DNA of 64,000 bases from Paraspadella gotoi (taxonomy: Eukaryota > Animalia > Chaetognatha), in the NCBI GenBank assembly GCA_051294375.1, contig CM119265.1, positions 24,797,605 to 24,861,604 of the forward strand, given 5' to 3'. Under the pieces are notes generated by a model, which saw only the letters and a list, made by a program, of their open reading frames with translations, had not been told where the DNA came from and searched no databases. This document shows, piece after piece, positions 63,069 through 64,000 of the stretch; position 1 is the stretch's first letter, and the number at the start of each line of letters is the position of its first letter. The position numbers and the translations under genes were made by a program.

Positions 63069-63768
63069 ATGGATAATGTCAAGACGTTGGTGCAGTCCAA
63101 GAGCGGATTGAAAATCGTTTGCTCGAGGTGAGTTTCCTATTGGCGTCGCCTTTGGTTTCCTTTTCTAAGAAAAAATATCTTCTTTCTCATCGCAGCGATT
63201 CGCACAAGTCAGCCTTCGAGATGAGCGAACCCGCCTGGGCCTCAGACTCCGACTTTGATAAATGTCCCGCCTGTCAGAAGCAGTTTGCCTTCCTTCATCG
63301 AAAACATCACTGCCGAAGATGCGGTCAGGTCTTTTGCGGCGACTGCACTGCCGAGAAGGTAAGGACTCTCCTTTTGCGAGTTGGCCGTGCTGAGAACTTA
63401 TTACGTTTAATAACCAAACGGTTAACGATAGCCTTTTGTTTCGGATATTCCGAACTTATTTTTCTTTTCTATTTATATTCCCGCAAGGGTTATGATTATT
63501 TTAAATTATTTATGTTTTTATTTAATTCGCTTGCAGGTTCCCCTGACAAGAATGTGTTTCGTGGATCCGGTCCGAATGTGCAAGCCATGTGCATCACTGA
63601 GTCGCAGAGAGAACGGTTTCCTCTCGAAGAGTCTCTCGTCTTTGACTCTCGGTTGCACCTTGAATGTCTTCGTCGCAAAGATGGATCGAGACGATTTCAC
63701 GTTTCCTCCCTTTCCTGGTGGCACGGAAAAGGAAAGACCCGAGACGGAGGCCGACTTACCAAACGATG
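63069..63768 (+). CDS. ZFYVE21: FYVE zinc finger protein 21, first three exons (continues beyond the window)
   Basis: KTLVQSKSGLKIV..FEMSEPAW..CPACQKQFAFLHRKHHCRRCGQVFCGDC..KVPLTRMCFVDPVRMCKPC, matching ZFYVE21 as recalled. Confidence 0.92.
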
Positions 63769-64000
63769 GTCAGTGAAAAAATTAATAATAATGCGAAATT
63801 GAGAACTACTGTAGTTAAAGAAGAAAGAAAAAAATAGAGGGGAGAACAAGTAAGAAAGGGGAAAAAAATTTTATCGGAAAAGGAAATAGAAAAAAAGTTT
63901 AAGTACATAACAAATGACCCACCGTGTCTCCGTTTGGATTTCCAAACTTTTCAATAAAACTTCCTCTTTTCGCGTACCACATCCCCTCCCCTTTTTTCCT

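Overview
Eukaryotic (invertebrate-animal-like) genomic window: GC-rich exons, AT-rich introns, many (GA)n tracts, two 25-N gaps flanked by duplicated sequence and one ~630-N gap. Scattered single-base indels suggest an imperfectly polished assembly. Genes I could splice by hand: the 3' end of a GH31 alpha-glucosidase (intronic tRNA-Gly(TCC) and a Helentron/HINE-like element), a frameshifted EamA/DMT-like transporter, an astacin metalloprotease with Cys-rich C-terminal repeats, a DEF8-like gene hosting an antisense gene for a secreted 5-repeat disulfide-rich precursor, then a tight plus-strand run of DIS3L, a small secreted prohormone-like ORF, SNX24/22, EPS15, a BTB-C2H2-multi-TALE-homeodomain gene, a degenerate CNBP-like gene and ZFYVE21. 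Most notable: (1) a miniature non-coding LTR retroelement (TRIM) family whose ~234-bp TG..CA LTRs embed a 72-nt tRNA-like Pol III unit, with a tRNA-Trp-like PBS, a PPT, a probable TTGG target-site duplication and a 3-LTR tandem form; (2) a BTB + zinc finger + 4-5 TALE-like homeodomain protein whose homeodomains all lack Asn51; (3) the nested microexon-built cysteine-rich peptide precursor; (4) up to three GCGAG-type GC-AG introns in the astacin gene. All calls come from manual reading; no searches were run.
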